In this document: positions 51,789 to 64,000 of the stretch, in pieces
Layout: the number at the start of each line of letters is the position of its first letter
How positions within the stretch are numbered: the stretch's first letter is position 1
Source: Chiloscyllium plagiosum
Lineage: Eukaryota
Reading direction: 5' to 3'
Assembly (NCBI RefSeq): GCF_004010195.1
Contig: NC_057753.1
Span: 9,775,333-9,839,332 of the forward strand
Length of the DNA stretch: 64,000 nt
Notes under the pieces: generated by a model
What the model was told of the DNA's origin: nothing
The model's input: the letters and a program-made list of their open reading frames with translations, nothing else
Databases searched by the model: none
Program-made: the position numbers and the translations under genes

Positions 51789-52249
51789 CCAGCTGGGTAC
51801 CTTTTAAATGCTGTAACTGTACCAGCCGCCACCACTTCCTCTGGCAGCTCATTCCTTACATGCACCATGCTCTGAATACAGGAATTGCCCCTTAGGTTCA
51901 TTTTAAATCCCACCCTCACCCTGCACTTATGACCCATTCAGGGAAAAGACCTTGTCTATTTACCCTATCCATGCCCCTCATGATATTATATAAGTTTGTA
52001 GGTCACCCTCAGCCTTTGGCACTCGAGAGAAAACAGCCCCACCCTACTGAGCTCAAACCCTGACAACATCCTTGTCAATCTTTTCAGAATCCTTTCAAGT
52101 TTCACAACATCCTTCCTCTAGCAGAGAGACCGGAACTGCATACAACATTCTAAAAGTGGCCTAACCAATGTCTGGTGCAGCTACAACATAACTTCCCATA
52201 ATTCCTATAAGCAGAGGATTGGGAAAGTTTTCAAAATCCACAAAAGACA

Positions 52250-52640
52250 ACCGGGAAAGAATGGAGGGACAAACCGAACTTTTTGAGGGTCAGCTTGGAA
52301 CATCAGGGCAGGGGGATGGGAATGAGGGAAGGAAGCTGAATGTGCTGGAGCCAAGGTGGAGGAAGAACAGGATGCAAAACCGGTTTGAAGCTGCAATGAG
52401 GAATATTGCATGTGCTGTACTTGTACCTGTTGCAGTTACTGGTGGGAATCGCATTTTGAAAAAATAAAAACAAGGAAGCTATCTACCCCTCTGCCTTCCC
52501 AACGTCGATCCTTCTGTTCCGCCGTGTGACGTCAATAAAGAGGGGCGGGGAGAGGATAAGTGACGTCAAAGGGGCTGGGTGAGATAGTCAGCGGGCTTCC
52601 GCGCTACGCATGCGCTGCCCTGCAGCAGAAGGGGTGGAGA
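52250..52640 (-). promoter_or_regulatory. Inverted paralog of promoter module Y
   Basis: Two TGACGTCA, GGGGCGGGG, CGCATGCGC; flank homologous to 26270-26480. Confidence 0.55.
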
Positions 52641-52906
52641 ACACTGTCCAAAAACCCCTTCCCTTCAGAGAATCCCCACAGTTGGAAGCAGGCCACTGGG
52701 CCCTACGACTCAATACCGACCCTCCCAAGGGTAACCCATCCACACCCATTCCCCTACCCTCATTGCTCTACATTTAACCCTGAGTAATGCACCTTACTTG
52801 CACATTCCTGGACATTATGCTTAATTTAGCAAAGCCAATCCACCCCAACCTGCACATCCCTGGGCACTATGGGTAATTCAGGTGGTTGTGGCATACAAGA
52901 TCATAA

Positions 52907-53414
52907 TATGGGAGATTAGAAATGTTGTTTTTGCAGGTGGGGTGGGTGTTAATTCTTGTAGCATGTAGCATACTTAAGGCTAAGACTTTAATGAATATAG
53001 AGGGTCTTTTAAAGAAAATAGTTTTAAGCTAGGAAATAACTTTAAAGTGTTATAGTTGACCACAAAAAGAAGCAACAGAGGCATTTCATAATAAAGCTTA
53101 TAGTATGATAAGAGAAACTGGATAAAAGACCAAGCTGTAACAAACCAGGAACAAAGAATGCAGACAAGGACAGCAGGATGGCCAGATAAGAAAATAACTA
53201 ACAAGTGAGGTAATCGGCTTATGATAGGATGGGAAAAGGGAGGCGTGATTCCGCAACTTGTAAATTAAATAAGAATGCTAACAAGCTCTGTTTTCGCGCG
53301 CATTTCTGCTTGATTGCAGAAGCGTCCGGTTCTTGCAAGATTGTAATAAATTGTTCTTGTTTCCAAGGCTTTGTCTCAGGCTGATTGATTTGTGAGTGAG
53401 TTCTGTTTCTCACA
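52907..53414 (+). mobile_element. Solo LTR
   Basis: Ends ...TCTCACA, internal AATAAA, 4-bp TSD ATAA on both sides, interrupts a Penelope-like repeat. Confidence 0.65.
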
Positions 53415-54014
53415 ATAAGACAGACTTTATAGCAAAACATTACCATATCCTGCCACTGAAATGGTATATTGAACTAACCTGGATTGTTAAGTCTTTCACC
53501 TTTTCGAATGGGTTGCAGGTATCATTACAATGTAAACTCCAGAATTTCTTGTACATTATCTTCTTGAGATAACAAGGTTTTGTAGCAAAAGGTGACAATG
53601 TTTTATGATTTACATACAAAAAAACTGAAACCAAATGGTCATTCTAACAGATAAGAGACTTAACAAACATTCCAGATCTTTTTCAATATATAATTTCTGT
53701 TACATCACACTGTAAACTTTGTAAGACACAGAATTTATACCAATCTTATACTCCATAAACACCTGATGGACCTGTACTCCTAAAGCTAGTGCTTCCGATT
53801 AACTATAACCTGGTATTGTGTAATTTTTAACTCTGCAAATACACATTCACTCCCATGGACTTATGTGTGTGCATGACAGAGAGAAAAGTCTACGTCAGTG
53901 TTGTACATCTCTACGTCTATTTGATAACAGATGCTTTATTTCTGTTGATGTATATAGTGTAGTAAATCTTAGCTAGGTACTAATATTTAGATGTGAGAGA
54001 GAGAGAGAGAGAGA

Positions 54015-57000
54015 GAGTTCCTCAAGTAGGGCACCATAAGAATCCTGGGAGATCCCTATTTCTGGATTACTTCCTAATGAACAAACATTAAGCACGATCG
54101 CCTATTTATTTCTCATTTTGTTCCATTATTCTTGTTTTATTCCCTGCAAGGATGTGGGAGAATTGTTAGATTTGGGTCAGCCATTTTGTCACATATTAAA
54201 AGTCTGGAAACCATTTTGACTCTCATCTTAGTGCCTGCTTGCTAAAGCTTATGTTTCCCAGACTAAGCGGAGACGGTTGGCCTGCAGCTGTACTGCTCCC
54301 TGATAAACAAATTCTTTCCATCCCCCACAGTTGGCGAGTCAGGCAGGAGATACCCTGGTCCTGCCAGGTCACCGGCCGATATTCTTTGAGAGGGGAAATA
54401 TAGAAGGTATTTGCTGCTTCTGTTGTGTCCAAAATAAAAAGGAAAGCTGGCCAGGGTCAAAAATGCTGTTAGAAATGCTGATACAATTCTCGCTACTCAG
54501 CCACAAGATACTAGTGTGAATACTCAACAGGGTCCTAGCATCTGGACATAATGTTGCTGAGAGCACTTGTGCTTTACAAAGTTAGTAATAATGAATTTGC
54601 TTGCCCCAGGGTTTTGAGAGGTGAAACCCTATTTGATAAACCCTGCACTCACACTGAGGTCCATGGCATGTTTCAAGATGCCCCTGATCTGTTCAAGTGC
54701 CCAACATTAGTTTTAATTGCCGAGTAGAAATCTGCAGTGAGTATAATTGCTCGCTTCAGGATGTCCAGACTTGAATGAATTCGACATACAGGACACATTG
54801 GGCAACTATTAAAGACTCAGTTGTACTTCCCCTGGGTTGTGGACTCATGCAGAGAAACAAATAACTTGATTGAAAACAGTGTTCGATTTGCAAATAGAAT
54901 GGCTGAGAGGTATTTAGAGTTTGCACACTTGGTTAAGCAGCTATGCGTCACAGCCAGGATTTATGAGGCTCAACTCCCTAACTTGGGCTGTTCTGGAATG
55001 TGAGTGCCTCATTACCCTTGGAAAGTAGGAATAAATAAAAGCTGACAAACAGATATGAAGAAAGTTGGAGAATGTTACAGAGAGAGAGAGGTGCGTAGGG
55101 AGGGGGGGGGGTCGTAGGCAGGCAGAGAGAGGGGAGGCAGGCAGAGAGAGAGAGGGAGAGGCGCAGGCAGGCAGAGAGAGAGAGGGAGAGGCGCAGGCAG
55201 GCAGAGAGAGAGAGGGAGAGGCGCAGGCAGGCAGAGAGAGAGAGGGAGAGGCGCAGGCAGGCAGAGAGAGAGAGGGAGAGGCGCAGGCAGGCAGAGAGAG
55301 AGAGGGAGAGGCGCAGGCAGGCAGAGAGAGAGAGGGAGAGGCGCAGGCAGGCAGAGAGAGAGAGGGAGAGGCGCAGGCAGGCAGAGAGAGAGAGGGAGAG
55401 GCGCAGGCAGGCAGAGAGAGAGAGGGAGAGGCGCAGGCAGGCAGAGAGAGAGAGGGAGAGGCGCAGGCAGGCAGAGAGAGAGAGGGAGAGGCGCAGGCAG
55501 GCAGAGAGAGAGAGGGAGAGGCGCAGGCAGGCAGAGAGAGAGAGGGAGAGGCGCAGGCAGGCAGAGAGAGAGAGGGAGAGGCGCAGGCAGGCAGAGAGAG
55601 AGAGGGAGAGGCGCAGGCAGGCAGAGAGAGAGAGGGAGAGGCGCAGGCAGGCAGAGAGAGAGAGGGAGAGGCGCAGGCAGGCAGAGAGAGAGAGGGAGAG
55701 GCGCAGGCAGGCAGAGAGAGAGAGGGAGAGGCGCAGGCAGGCAGAGAGAGAGAGGGAGAGGCGCAGGCAGGCAGAGAGAGAGAGGGAGAGGCGCAGGCAG
55801 GCAGAGAGAGAGAGGGAGAGGCGCAGGCAGGCAGAGAGAGAGAGGGAGAGGCGCAGGCAGGCAGAGAGAGAGAGGGAGAGGCGCAGGCAGGCAGAGAGAG
55901 AGAGGGAGAGGCGCAGGCAGGCAGAGAGAGAGAGGGAGAGGCGCAGGCAGGCAGAGAGAGAGAGGGAGAGGCGCAGGCAGGCAGAGAGAGAGAGGGAGAG
56001 GCGCAGGCAGGCAGAGAGAGAGAGGGAGAGGCGCAGGCAGGCAGAGAGAGAGAGGGAGAGGCGCAGGCAGGCAGAGAGAGAGAGGGAGAGGCGCAGGCAG
56101 GCAGAGAGAGAGAGGGAGAGGCGCAGGCAGGCAGAGAGAGAGAGGGAGAGGCGCAGGCAGGCAGAGAGAGAGAGGGAGAGGCGCAGGCAGGCAGAGAGAG
56201 AGAGGGAGAGGCGCAGGCAGGCAGAGAGAGAGAGGGAGAGGCGCAGGCAGGCAGAGAGAGAGAGGGAGAGGCGCAGGCAGGCAGAGAGAGAGAGGGAGAG
56301 GCGCAGGCAGGCAGAGAGAGAGAGGGAGAGGCGCAGGCAGGCAGAGAGAGAGAGGGAGAGGCGCAGGCAGGCAGAGAGAGAGAGGGAGAGGCGCAGGCAG
56401 GCAGAGAGAGAGAGGGAGAGGCGCAGGCAGGCAGAGAGAGAGAGGGAGAGGCGCAGGCAGGCAGAGAGAGAGAGGGAGAGGCGCAGGCAGGCAGAGAGAG
56501 AGAGGGAGAGGCGCAGGCAGGCAGAGAGAGAGAGGGAGAGGCGCAGGCAGGCAGAGAGAGAGAGGGAGAGGCGCAGGCAGGCAGAGAGAGAGAGGGAGAG
56601 GCGCAGGCAGGCAGAGAGAGAGAGGGAGAGGCGCAGGCAGGCAGAGAGAGAGAGGGAGAGGCGCAGGCAGGCAGAGAGAGAGAGGGAGAGGCGCAGGCAG
56701 GCAGAGAGAGAGAGGGAGAGGCGCAGGCAGGCAGAGAGAGAGAGGGAGAGGCGCAGGCAGGCAGAGAGAGAGAGGGAGAGGCGCAGGCAGGCAGAGAGAG
56801 AGAGGGAGAGGCGCAGGCAGGCAGAGAGAGAGAGGGAGAGGCGCAGGCAGGCAGAGAGAGAGAGGGAGAGGCGCAGGCAGGCAGAGAGAGAGAGGGAGAG
56901 GCGCAGGCAGGCAGAGAGAGAGAGGGAGAGGCGCAGGCAGGCAGAGAGAGAGAGGGAGAGGCGCAGGCAGGCAGAGAGAGAGAGGGAGAGGCGCAGGCAG

Positions 57001-59141
57001 GCAGAGAGAGAGAGGGAGAGGCGCAGGCAGGCAGAGAGAGAGAGGGAGAGGCGCAGGCAGGCAGAGAGAGAGAGGGAGAGGCGCAGGCAGGCAGAGAGAG
57101 AGAGGGAGAGGCGCAGGCAGGCAGAGAGAGAGAGGGAGAGGCGCAGGCAGGCAGAGAGAGAGAGGGAGAGGCGCAGGCAGGCAGAGAGAGAGAGGGAGAG
57201 GCGCAGGCAGGCAGAGAGAGAGAGGGAGAGGCGCAGGCAGGCAGAGAGAGAGAGGGAGAGGCGCAGGCAGGCAGAGAGAGAGAGGGAGAGGCGCAGGCAG
57301 GCAGAGAGAGAGAGGGAGAGGCGCAGGCAGGCAGAGAGAGAGAGGGAGAGGCGCAGGCAGGCAGAAGGAGAGAGAGAGAGAAAGCCATGCAGGCAGAGAG
57401 ACAGACAGATAGGGAGAGACTGCCTCAGTGCCAACACCCTGCAGCTTGCAGAAAGGTTAACACTTTGTAATCTGGTTTGAATGCACATTCTCCTGGGTCT
57501 GGCACTGAAATCACAGGGGAAGCCCCTGCTGAAGAGCACAAACTATGGTCTCAAATAGGGTACTCCCTCCACACCCAAACCAAAATCTGGGTGACCCCTG
57601 CTGGACTGGTTTGTGTTCCTTCTTTGCTGCTGCTGCCTATTTCAGTTGATTATGTGCATTATTGTACACACTTGTGCAAGGAGGGAATGGTTAATACTCT
57701 GTTACAAACTTGGTGGCACCTGGATTTTCAGAAAGCAGCGAGGAAAAGAGCTGAAGTGTGTTTAACTTGTAAATTTTAATTTGATCGTTCTGCCTTTCAC
57801 TGCACTCTTTCTTATCTTTCTTTCACTAACTGTGTTTGATTGGGCCTGATAACCTCTAAACGGGAATTACAGTTTAATACTTTTCTTTCTACACAGTAGG
57901 TCAACCACTCTAGCTGCTGAGTATGTGCCCATATCCCCATCCATCCCAAACTCGTACCAAGCGAGCCCTTATGGAGTTTAAGCAACTTGCAGCTTTCTTT
58001 TCCCCTGCCTTTGGAACTGCTCGACTGGAAATCAAAGTCACCCCGCAGACAATCCTGTGCTCGGCTCAGTTCACTGTTGTGGCCCTCCTCTCCAGCGATC
58101 TCTCAGATGCCGAGATTTCCCTCTTCCTGATAATGATTCCCAATCCCTGGAGCTGTCTGTCTCTGTCCCTGTCCTGACTGAACCCGAGGACTATCTGTCT
58201 GATCTCCAACCACCACCCCTTGACAAACCCCCTTTTGCTGACACCCACAATCTCTTCTTTTTAATAAAAAGGAGGGACTGTGAGAGATTTTGACCAAAAT
58301 TGCCACAAAACTGTGGCAAAGTCATTTTGTCACAAAGCAATGTTTGCAGTAAAATGTAGCCTGTTAACATAATGCTGTCTGAGCCCTGGCTAAGGAATTC
58401 TGTTTTGATAGCCTGACCTTGCAGCTGCAGACTGTCTCTGCTCCTCAGGCCATTAGACTGTGCTGCTTCATAGAATGATGGATTGGTTCTCTCTGTCCCT
58501 TATCAGTAATTCAAGCTGAGCTGAACCTGCAGTATAAGATAACATTCTGTTTTATAAACATTAAGAAATGTAGGTCTGGACAATGTATGTGAACCTTACA
58601 ACTGCCCCTCAGTTGCATAATTAATGTGTTTTACCATAAAACTTGTAACATTCTGTATTTTATTGGAATATGTCAGACTTTGTTTTGAACTAAGAGGTAT
58701 TTCCATGGTCTCCTCTCCTGACTACTTTGCTTTAAACAATGTGGCACACGAGTTACTTTGCCCCAACCATACTAATAGTTCCATCGAAGGGAGAGAGAAT
58801 TCCTCAAGTCGGGCACTATCAGAATCTTGGGAGAGCCCTATTTCTGGTTTACTTCCTAATGAATAAACATTAAGAACGAGCACCTATTCATTTCTAATTG
58901 TGTTCCATTTTTTCTTCTTTGATTCCCTGCTCTGACTACACTCTGTCCGGTTGATTGACTGGCTGGGAGATTGAGAGTTGGGTTTCAATTGACAATGTTT
59001 TATTGTTCTGGAAGGTATAAAAGGGGCTTGAAAGCTTCAGCAAAAATCCAGCAGAGCCGAGAACAGACTGACATCTTACTCTGTGCAAACAAGGAGATCA
59101 ACAGAGGACAGAGAAATCAGGCCCTAAAACCCGAGCTGACA
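54015..59141 (+). mobile_element. ERV-B deleted provirus, copy E
   Basis: Direct repeat 54015-54150 / 58800-58930; gag-like segment at about 54620-55000; IN HHCC (HYCTH...CLTC, 57477-57779); env RTKR|ALMEF...FGTA (57923-58177); purine tract before the 3' LTR; TATAAAA at about 59015. Confidence 0.75.
55132..57365. repeat. Perfect 30-bp tandem array (GCAGAGAGAGAGAGGGAGAGGCGCAGGCAG) x about 74
   Basis: Sequence lines 55141-57360 are identical. Confidence 0.98.
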
Positions 59142-61479
59142 CCAGGCTACCCTGTGATCAGTGCTTTGATTAACAGTGCCAACCTTCTACCTTTACCTCG
59201 CTTCCCATCTGACTACCCCCTCGATATTCAGGATCCAATCCTTGTCATCCTGAAGCCATGTCTTTGTAAGGAGTCTCCGATCATAATTGTTCTTTTCGGT
59301 GTGTGCAGTCAATTTATTCACTTTTGTTACAATGCAGCACACATTCAGAAACATTGTTTTTAGTTTCAATTTTTGTGATCTTTAGAATCCAGTTTTGATT
59401 GCTGGAATATTTACTCTCCTTGTCCCTTTCTCTCGTTCTCTGATATTTATTTTCCACATCACTACATTGCTCACCGGCCTGGATTTGGATTGGCCATGCT
59501 AAATTGCCTATAGTGTCCAGGGATGTGCAGGTTAGGTGGGTTAGCCATGGGAAATGAAGGGTTATAGTTTCATTGTAATAGAAGCAGGAGTAGGTCATTT
59601 GGCCCATCCAGCCTGCTCCGCCATTCATTTAGATCAGAGCTGATCTATCCATAGACTCAGCTCCTCCTCCCTGCATTGTCCCAACTACCCTTCATTCCTC
59701 TATCATTGCAAATACCCATTCAACTGTGATTTGAATATACTTAACGAAGCTGCTTGTACTGCTTCCTTGGGCAAAGAATTCCATAGATTCACTACTCACC
59801 AGGAAAAGGAGCTCCTCTTCATCTTCACACCGAACGCCACCTTCACTATCCTATCCAACTGAGACTGCATTTTCACGGAACTATGAACCTGCACTCCAAG
59901 GTCTCTTTGTTCTACAACACTCCCCTTAACTGTGTCAGTCCTGCCTGGATTGCTTGACCAAAATATAACACCTCAACCTCTCGAAATTAAACTCCATCTG
60001 CCAGTCCTCACCAATTCTAATTTATAGCAAATCTCTTTCCTCTCTTATTCCCTCTAAGCTGAAAATCTCACTCCATTCTCAATTTGCTGAACCTAATCCT
60101 GCTGTACATCATCCTGAAGGGTCTGGTTCATGCTGGTTAACAGGCCTACACATTGAAACATACAGAATCCTGAACGGCCTGGACAGAGTGGTGTTGGAAG
60201 GAGTGGCCTTAAAGTGAAGGGAAAACCTTTGAGAACAGAGATAAGGAGAAACCTGTTCAGCCAGAGAGTAGTGAATCTATGGAACTCACTGCCACAGAAG
60301 GCTGTGGAGGCCAGGTCACTAAGGATATTTAAGACTGAGATAGATAGGTTTGAGAATAAAGGGGGAATCAAGGGTTACGGGGAGACACAGGAAAATGGGG
60401 TTGAGAAACCGAGCAGCCATGATTAAATGGCGGAGCACACCCGATGGGCTGAATGGCCTCATTTCTGCTCCTGTGTCTTATGGTCTCTTGCTGTCCTGGA
60501 CACAGAATTGGGAGCAGGAGTAGGCCACTTGGTCTTTTGAGCTTGCACCAGCATTGAACAGATCATAACTGGATATGAATCTACCAACATCTTGGTGCAT
60601 AGGCAGGGACTTTTTTCACTGGAGCACAGGAGGTTGAGCGTTGACATTCGAGAGGTTTATAAAACCATGAGGGACATAGATGAGGTGAACGGCGGGTATC
60701 CTTTCCAGAGGGTGGGGGGTTTCAAGATTAGGCTAGTCAGCATGAACTTGTTGGACTGGAGGGTCTGCTTCTGTGCTGTATGACTCGAACTGTTCTATAC
60801 TGGTCTTAAAACCATGTTCTTGCCTTCCCCCATAACCGTCCACTTTGTTGTTCAAAACTCAGATGAACTCAGCCTTGAATATATTCAATGACCCCCTAAC
60901 TGCAGGAAGATATCCCCACTTCCGATCAGAATTCCTTTTGCTGATATACAACTTGCCTTGCTGATTGCTTGCTGCACCTGTCTGACAACTGGCAGTGACT
61001 GGTGTAGGACACTGAGGCCCCTTTGACCATCCACACAGCATTCCTGAAGAAGGGCTCGGGCCAGAAACATCAACTCTCCTGCTGCTTGGATGCTGTCTGA
61101 CCTGCTGTGCTTTTCCAGCGCCACACTTTTCAACTCCGATCTCCAACATCTGCAGTCCTCACTTTCTCCACATCCCAATAAATCGCCATTTAAACAATAC
61201 ACCTCCTTTATGCTTTTTTTCCCCCACAGCGAAGGCTACAACTTCACATTGTGGTACTGCATTTGTCATGTGTTTGACAAATGTGGTCTTCTCTTCACCA
61301 GGAAGACCGAGCATAAACTTGGGGAATGGTTCACAGAGCATCGCAGCCAGGTCCACAGAGGCCGTCCGGACTTCCCAGTCACCACCCATTTTAATTCCCC
61401 TTCCCATTGTGTTCTTCCAGCCTCCTGTCTGTTTTCCAGTGTCTCTCCTCCCTGGATTCAATCCCGTTCCTTTCAGTTG

Positions 61480-61950
61480 CTGCAAGTCAACAATTGAACC
61501 CGAGAATGAAAAAAATGAAAAAGGGAGTGCTGTACTCACAGATGTTGGACAGAGGAACGAAGTTGCAGTCTGGACTGAAGCTCAGGGAGACAGAAACAGC
61601 AGCAGCACCAGCTTCAGAAGCTCATGGTCTACCTTCCGCTTTCAGACAATGGGGGGAGGGAGCTGGGCTTTGATTGGCAGGAGGACCACGCTCCTTCTTG
61701 TATTCCAGGGCCCACTATTGGTCCGTCAAAAAAAGGTCGCCCGCCTTTTCAGCAAACAACAATGAGCATGCGCAATGTTTTGCTGACACTAGCAAACCTG
61801 CGTACTACTTGCTAACACCGATGTGCATGCGTCGTGTGCCCTGTGGACAGATTGTAAGTGTTCAAATGCCAACAAGAGAAATAAAGAGTAGAGCCACAAC
61901 TTTTTTTTATTCTATGTGGCTCGACATTTTTATCCCTTTTGCGTTTTGTA
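61480..61950 (-). promoter_or_regulatory. Inverted copy of promoter/exon module X
   Basis: GCATGCGCA, two ATTGG boxes, TTCCGC and reverse donor ACTCAC at about 61534; 60780-62100 is an inverted homolog of 2760-4430. Confidence 0.5.
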
Positions 61951-63323
61951 TGTCTCTTCCCCATAGTGGGGGGAGGTGGGAGTCCAAAACTAGAGGGCAG
62001 AGGTTCAGGGTTAGAGGGGAGAGATTTATGAGGGACCTCAGGGCAACATTTTCACACAGAGGGTGATGTGTGTGTATGGAACGAGCTGCCGGAAGAAGTG
62101 GGCGGCACGGTAGCACATTTAAAACAAATTCTGGGATTAACATACCAAAGAACAGAAACCCATTCTAAAAGATGAAAGATTTAATCTAAACTTCTTTAAT
62201 GCATCACATCTCCGTGACACTCAACTCCTTTGGCTATACGTTCTGTGCTCACGATCTCATTCTCCACAACAACCTGACAAAGGAGTGGTGCTCTAAAAGC
62301 TTGTGCTTCCAAATACACCTGTTGGACTATAACCTGGTGCTGTGTAACTTTTAATTTTCTGAAAGAAGGGCTTATGCCCGAAACGTCGATTCTCCTGTTC
62401 CCTGGATGCTGCCTGACCTGCGCTTTTCCAGCAACACATTTCCAGCTCTAACTTTTAATTTTGTCCACCCCATTCCAACACCGACATGTCCACATCGTTT
62501 CTCGTGAACGCAGCCCAAACATCCCGATGCTGCCAGTAAACTTTACAACGCCGATGAAACGACAGACTCTACACTCATGAAAAATTTACAATTTCTAATG
62601 ATACTGGCTACTCATTCACTGCTCCATCTGATTTGTGACATTGGAAACTTAGTGCAGGAGGCTGAAAGAAATGAACAGCTTTAAAACAAAAACCTCTTGG
62701 AGCTCAAAGCTTTCAGTGAGAGTCTGAGCCTGGTGGTTAAGTTCAGGTAACCTTTATTGTGACCCAACTTTGTTACAGCTTCAGATCCCCCAACAAAAAG
62801 GCAGAGAAAAGGTAGCTGCTTTTTTAACAGCTCAAGGTCAAAGCCCACATACCTCCCCTACCCCACCTCACTGTCTTTACTATTGGACAGCACGAAGTTG
62901 TCCCTTTGTAATTGGATCCGCGATGCAGCCTTAACCCGGAGGAAGTCTTGCCTCACTCGGCAATTTCAACCCAAACCCTATCTCCAAGTAAGTTTCTCCC
63001 CATTCCTTCGCCAGGAAGGGGCAGTGTGGAGTCAACTGCACTGCTGTGGGTCTGGAGTCACATGTAGGCCAGACCGGGTAAAGGGTACAGCTGGGACGAC
63101 TGAGTGAATCCTTTCCCACAACAGCAGTTTGCTTCCCTAAAAGGATGTGAGTAAATCAGATGAGGGTCCTACCCCACTCCCGAAAATGGTGTCATCGTTA
63201 GATTCGGAACTCCAGATTTCTGACCGAATTCCAATTCCGCCGTCTGCTGCCGCGGGATTCGAACCCGGGATCCCCGGAACTGGTTGATCATCCAGTCAAT
63301 AACAGCACTCGGCAGTCACTCCT

Positions 63324-63860
63324 TCAATCCATGTGAACTCGCTCTTGCCTCCGCAGGTGGGAGGAGAGGGTGATGGCCTTCCCTCACTCAGGGCAGCTGA
63401 AGGGCTTCTCTCTGGTGTGGACCCGCTGGTGCCTCCGCAAGTTGCCCACCTGACTGAATCCCTTCCCGCACTCGGGGCAGCTGAAGGGCCTCTCTCCCGT
63501 GTGGAGCCGCTGGTAGGTCAGCAGTTTGGAGGCCTGGGTAAAGCCCTTCCCACACTCGGGGCAACTGAATGGCCTCTCCCCCATGTGGAGCCGCCGGTGG
63601 GTCTGGGGGTTGGAGGTATTGTTGAAGCCCTTCCCGCACTCGGGGCAGCTGAATGGCCTCTCCCCGGTGTGGATCCGCCGGTGAGTGAATAGGGTCAAGG
63701 CCTGGGCAAAGCCCTTCCCGCACTCAGGGCAGGAGAATGGCGTCTCCCCGGTGTGACTGCGTCAATGAATCTCCAGGGCAGATAGGACACAGAAGCCTTT
63801 TCTGCAGTCGCCACACTTCCATGGTTTCTCCACGGGGCAGAATTCCTCAGGTTTCTCCAG
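63324..63860 (-). pseudogene. C2H2 zinc-finger pseudogene, paralog of 6328-6792
   Basis: LEKPEEFCPVEKPWKCGDCRKGF...; CTG at the paralog's ATG position; in-frame TGA at 63762-63764 and 63384-63386; acceptor-like TTTGTGTTCAG at about 63875. Confidence 0.8.
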
Positions 63861-64000
63861 GGCTGAAACTTCAGCTGAACACAAACGCATGCGGGAGCAA
63901 AATGAGACATCAAGGCATTAATACAGACACCAGAGAGAAACTGAACTGATAGACACGGCAAATGTTGGTGGCAAGCCAGAGTCACAAAGATATACATCAC

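Noticed and set aside
55132..57365. CRISPR-like array
   Set aside because: No unique spacers or cas genes; eukaryotic minisatellite.
54941..57539. ORFs of 801-853 aa
   Set aside because: By-products of the stop-free 30-bp tandem repeat; open in several frames on both strands.
63250..63300. tRNA gene suggested by a B-box
   Set aside because: No cloverleaf; it is a SINE head.

Overview
Repeat-dense eukaryotic genomic DNA with several N gaps. The V-SINE/HE1-like SINE, CR1-like LINE tails and Penelope-like repeats suggest a cartilaginous fish (my inference). Host genes: two convergent paralogous C2H2 zinc-finger loci, one open (6328-6792, +) and one pseudogene (63324-63860, -), plus several copies of two promoter/first-exon modules. 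Between them lie a decayed L1-type LINE nested with a Penelope GIY-YIG fragment, about five copies (direct and inverted) of a segmental-duplication unit carrying a deleted provirus (ERV-B), a perfect 30-bp tandem array and a decayed class I (gamma/epsilon-like) provirus (ERV-A, about 28.1-37.9 kb). ERV-A is the highlight. Its env, reconstructed across frameshifts, reads signal peptide, CD300/pIgR-like Ig V-set domain, Pro-rich linker, SU (CWIC), TM (ISD, CX6CC). Its pol carries a 2H-phosphoesterase-like domain (HCT...HVS) ahead of RT. Many Penelope-type repeats contain minimal hammerhead-ribozyme motifs. All family assignments are by eye; no searches were run.
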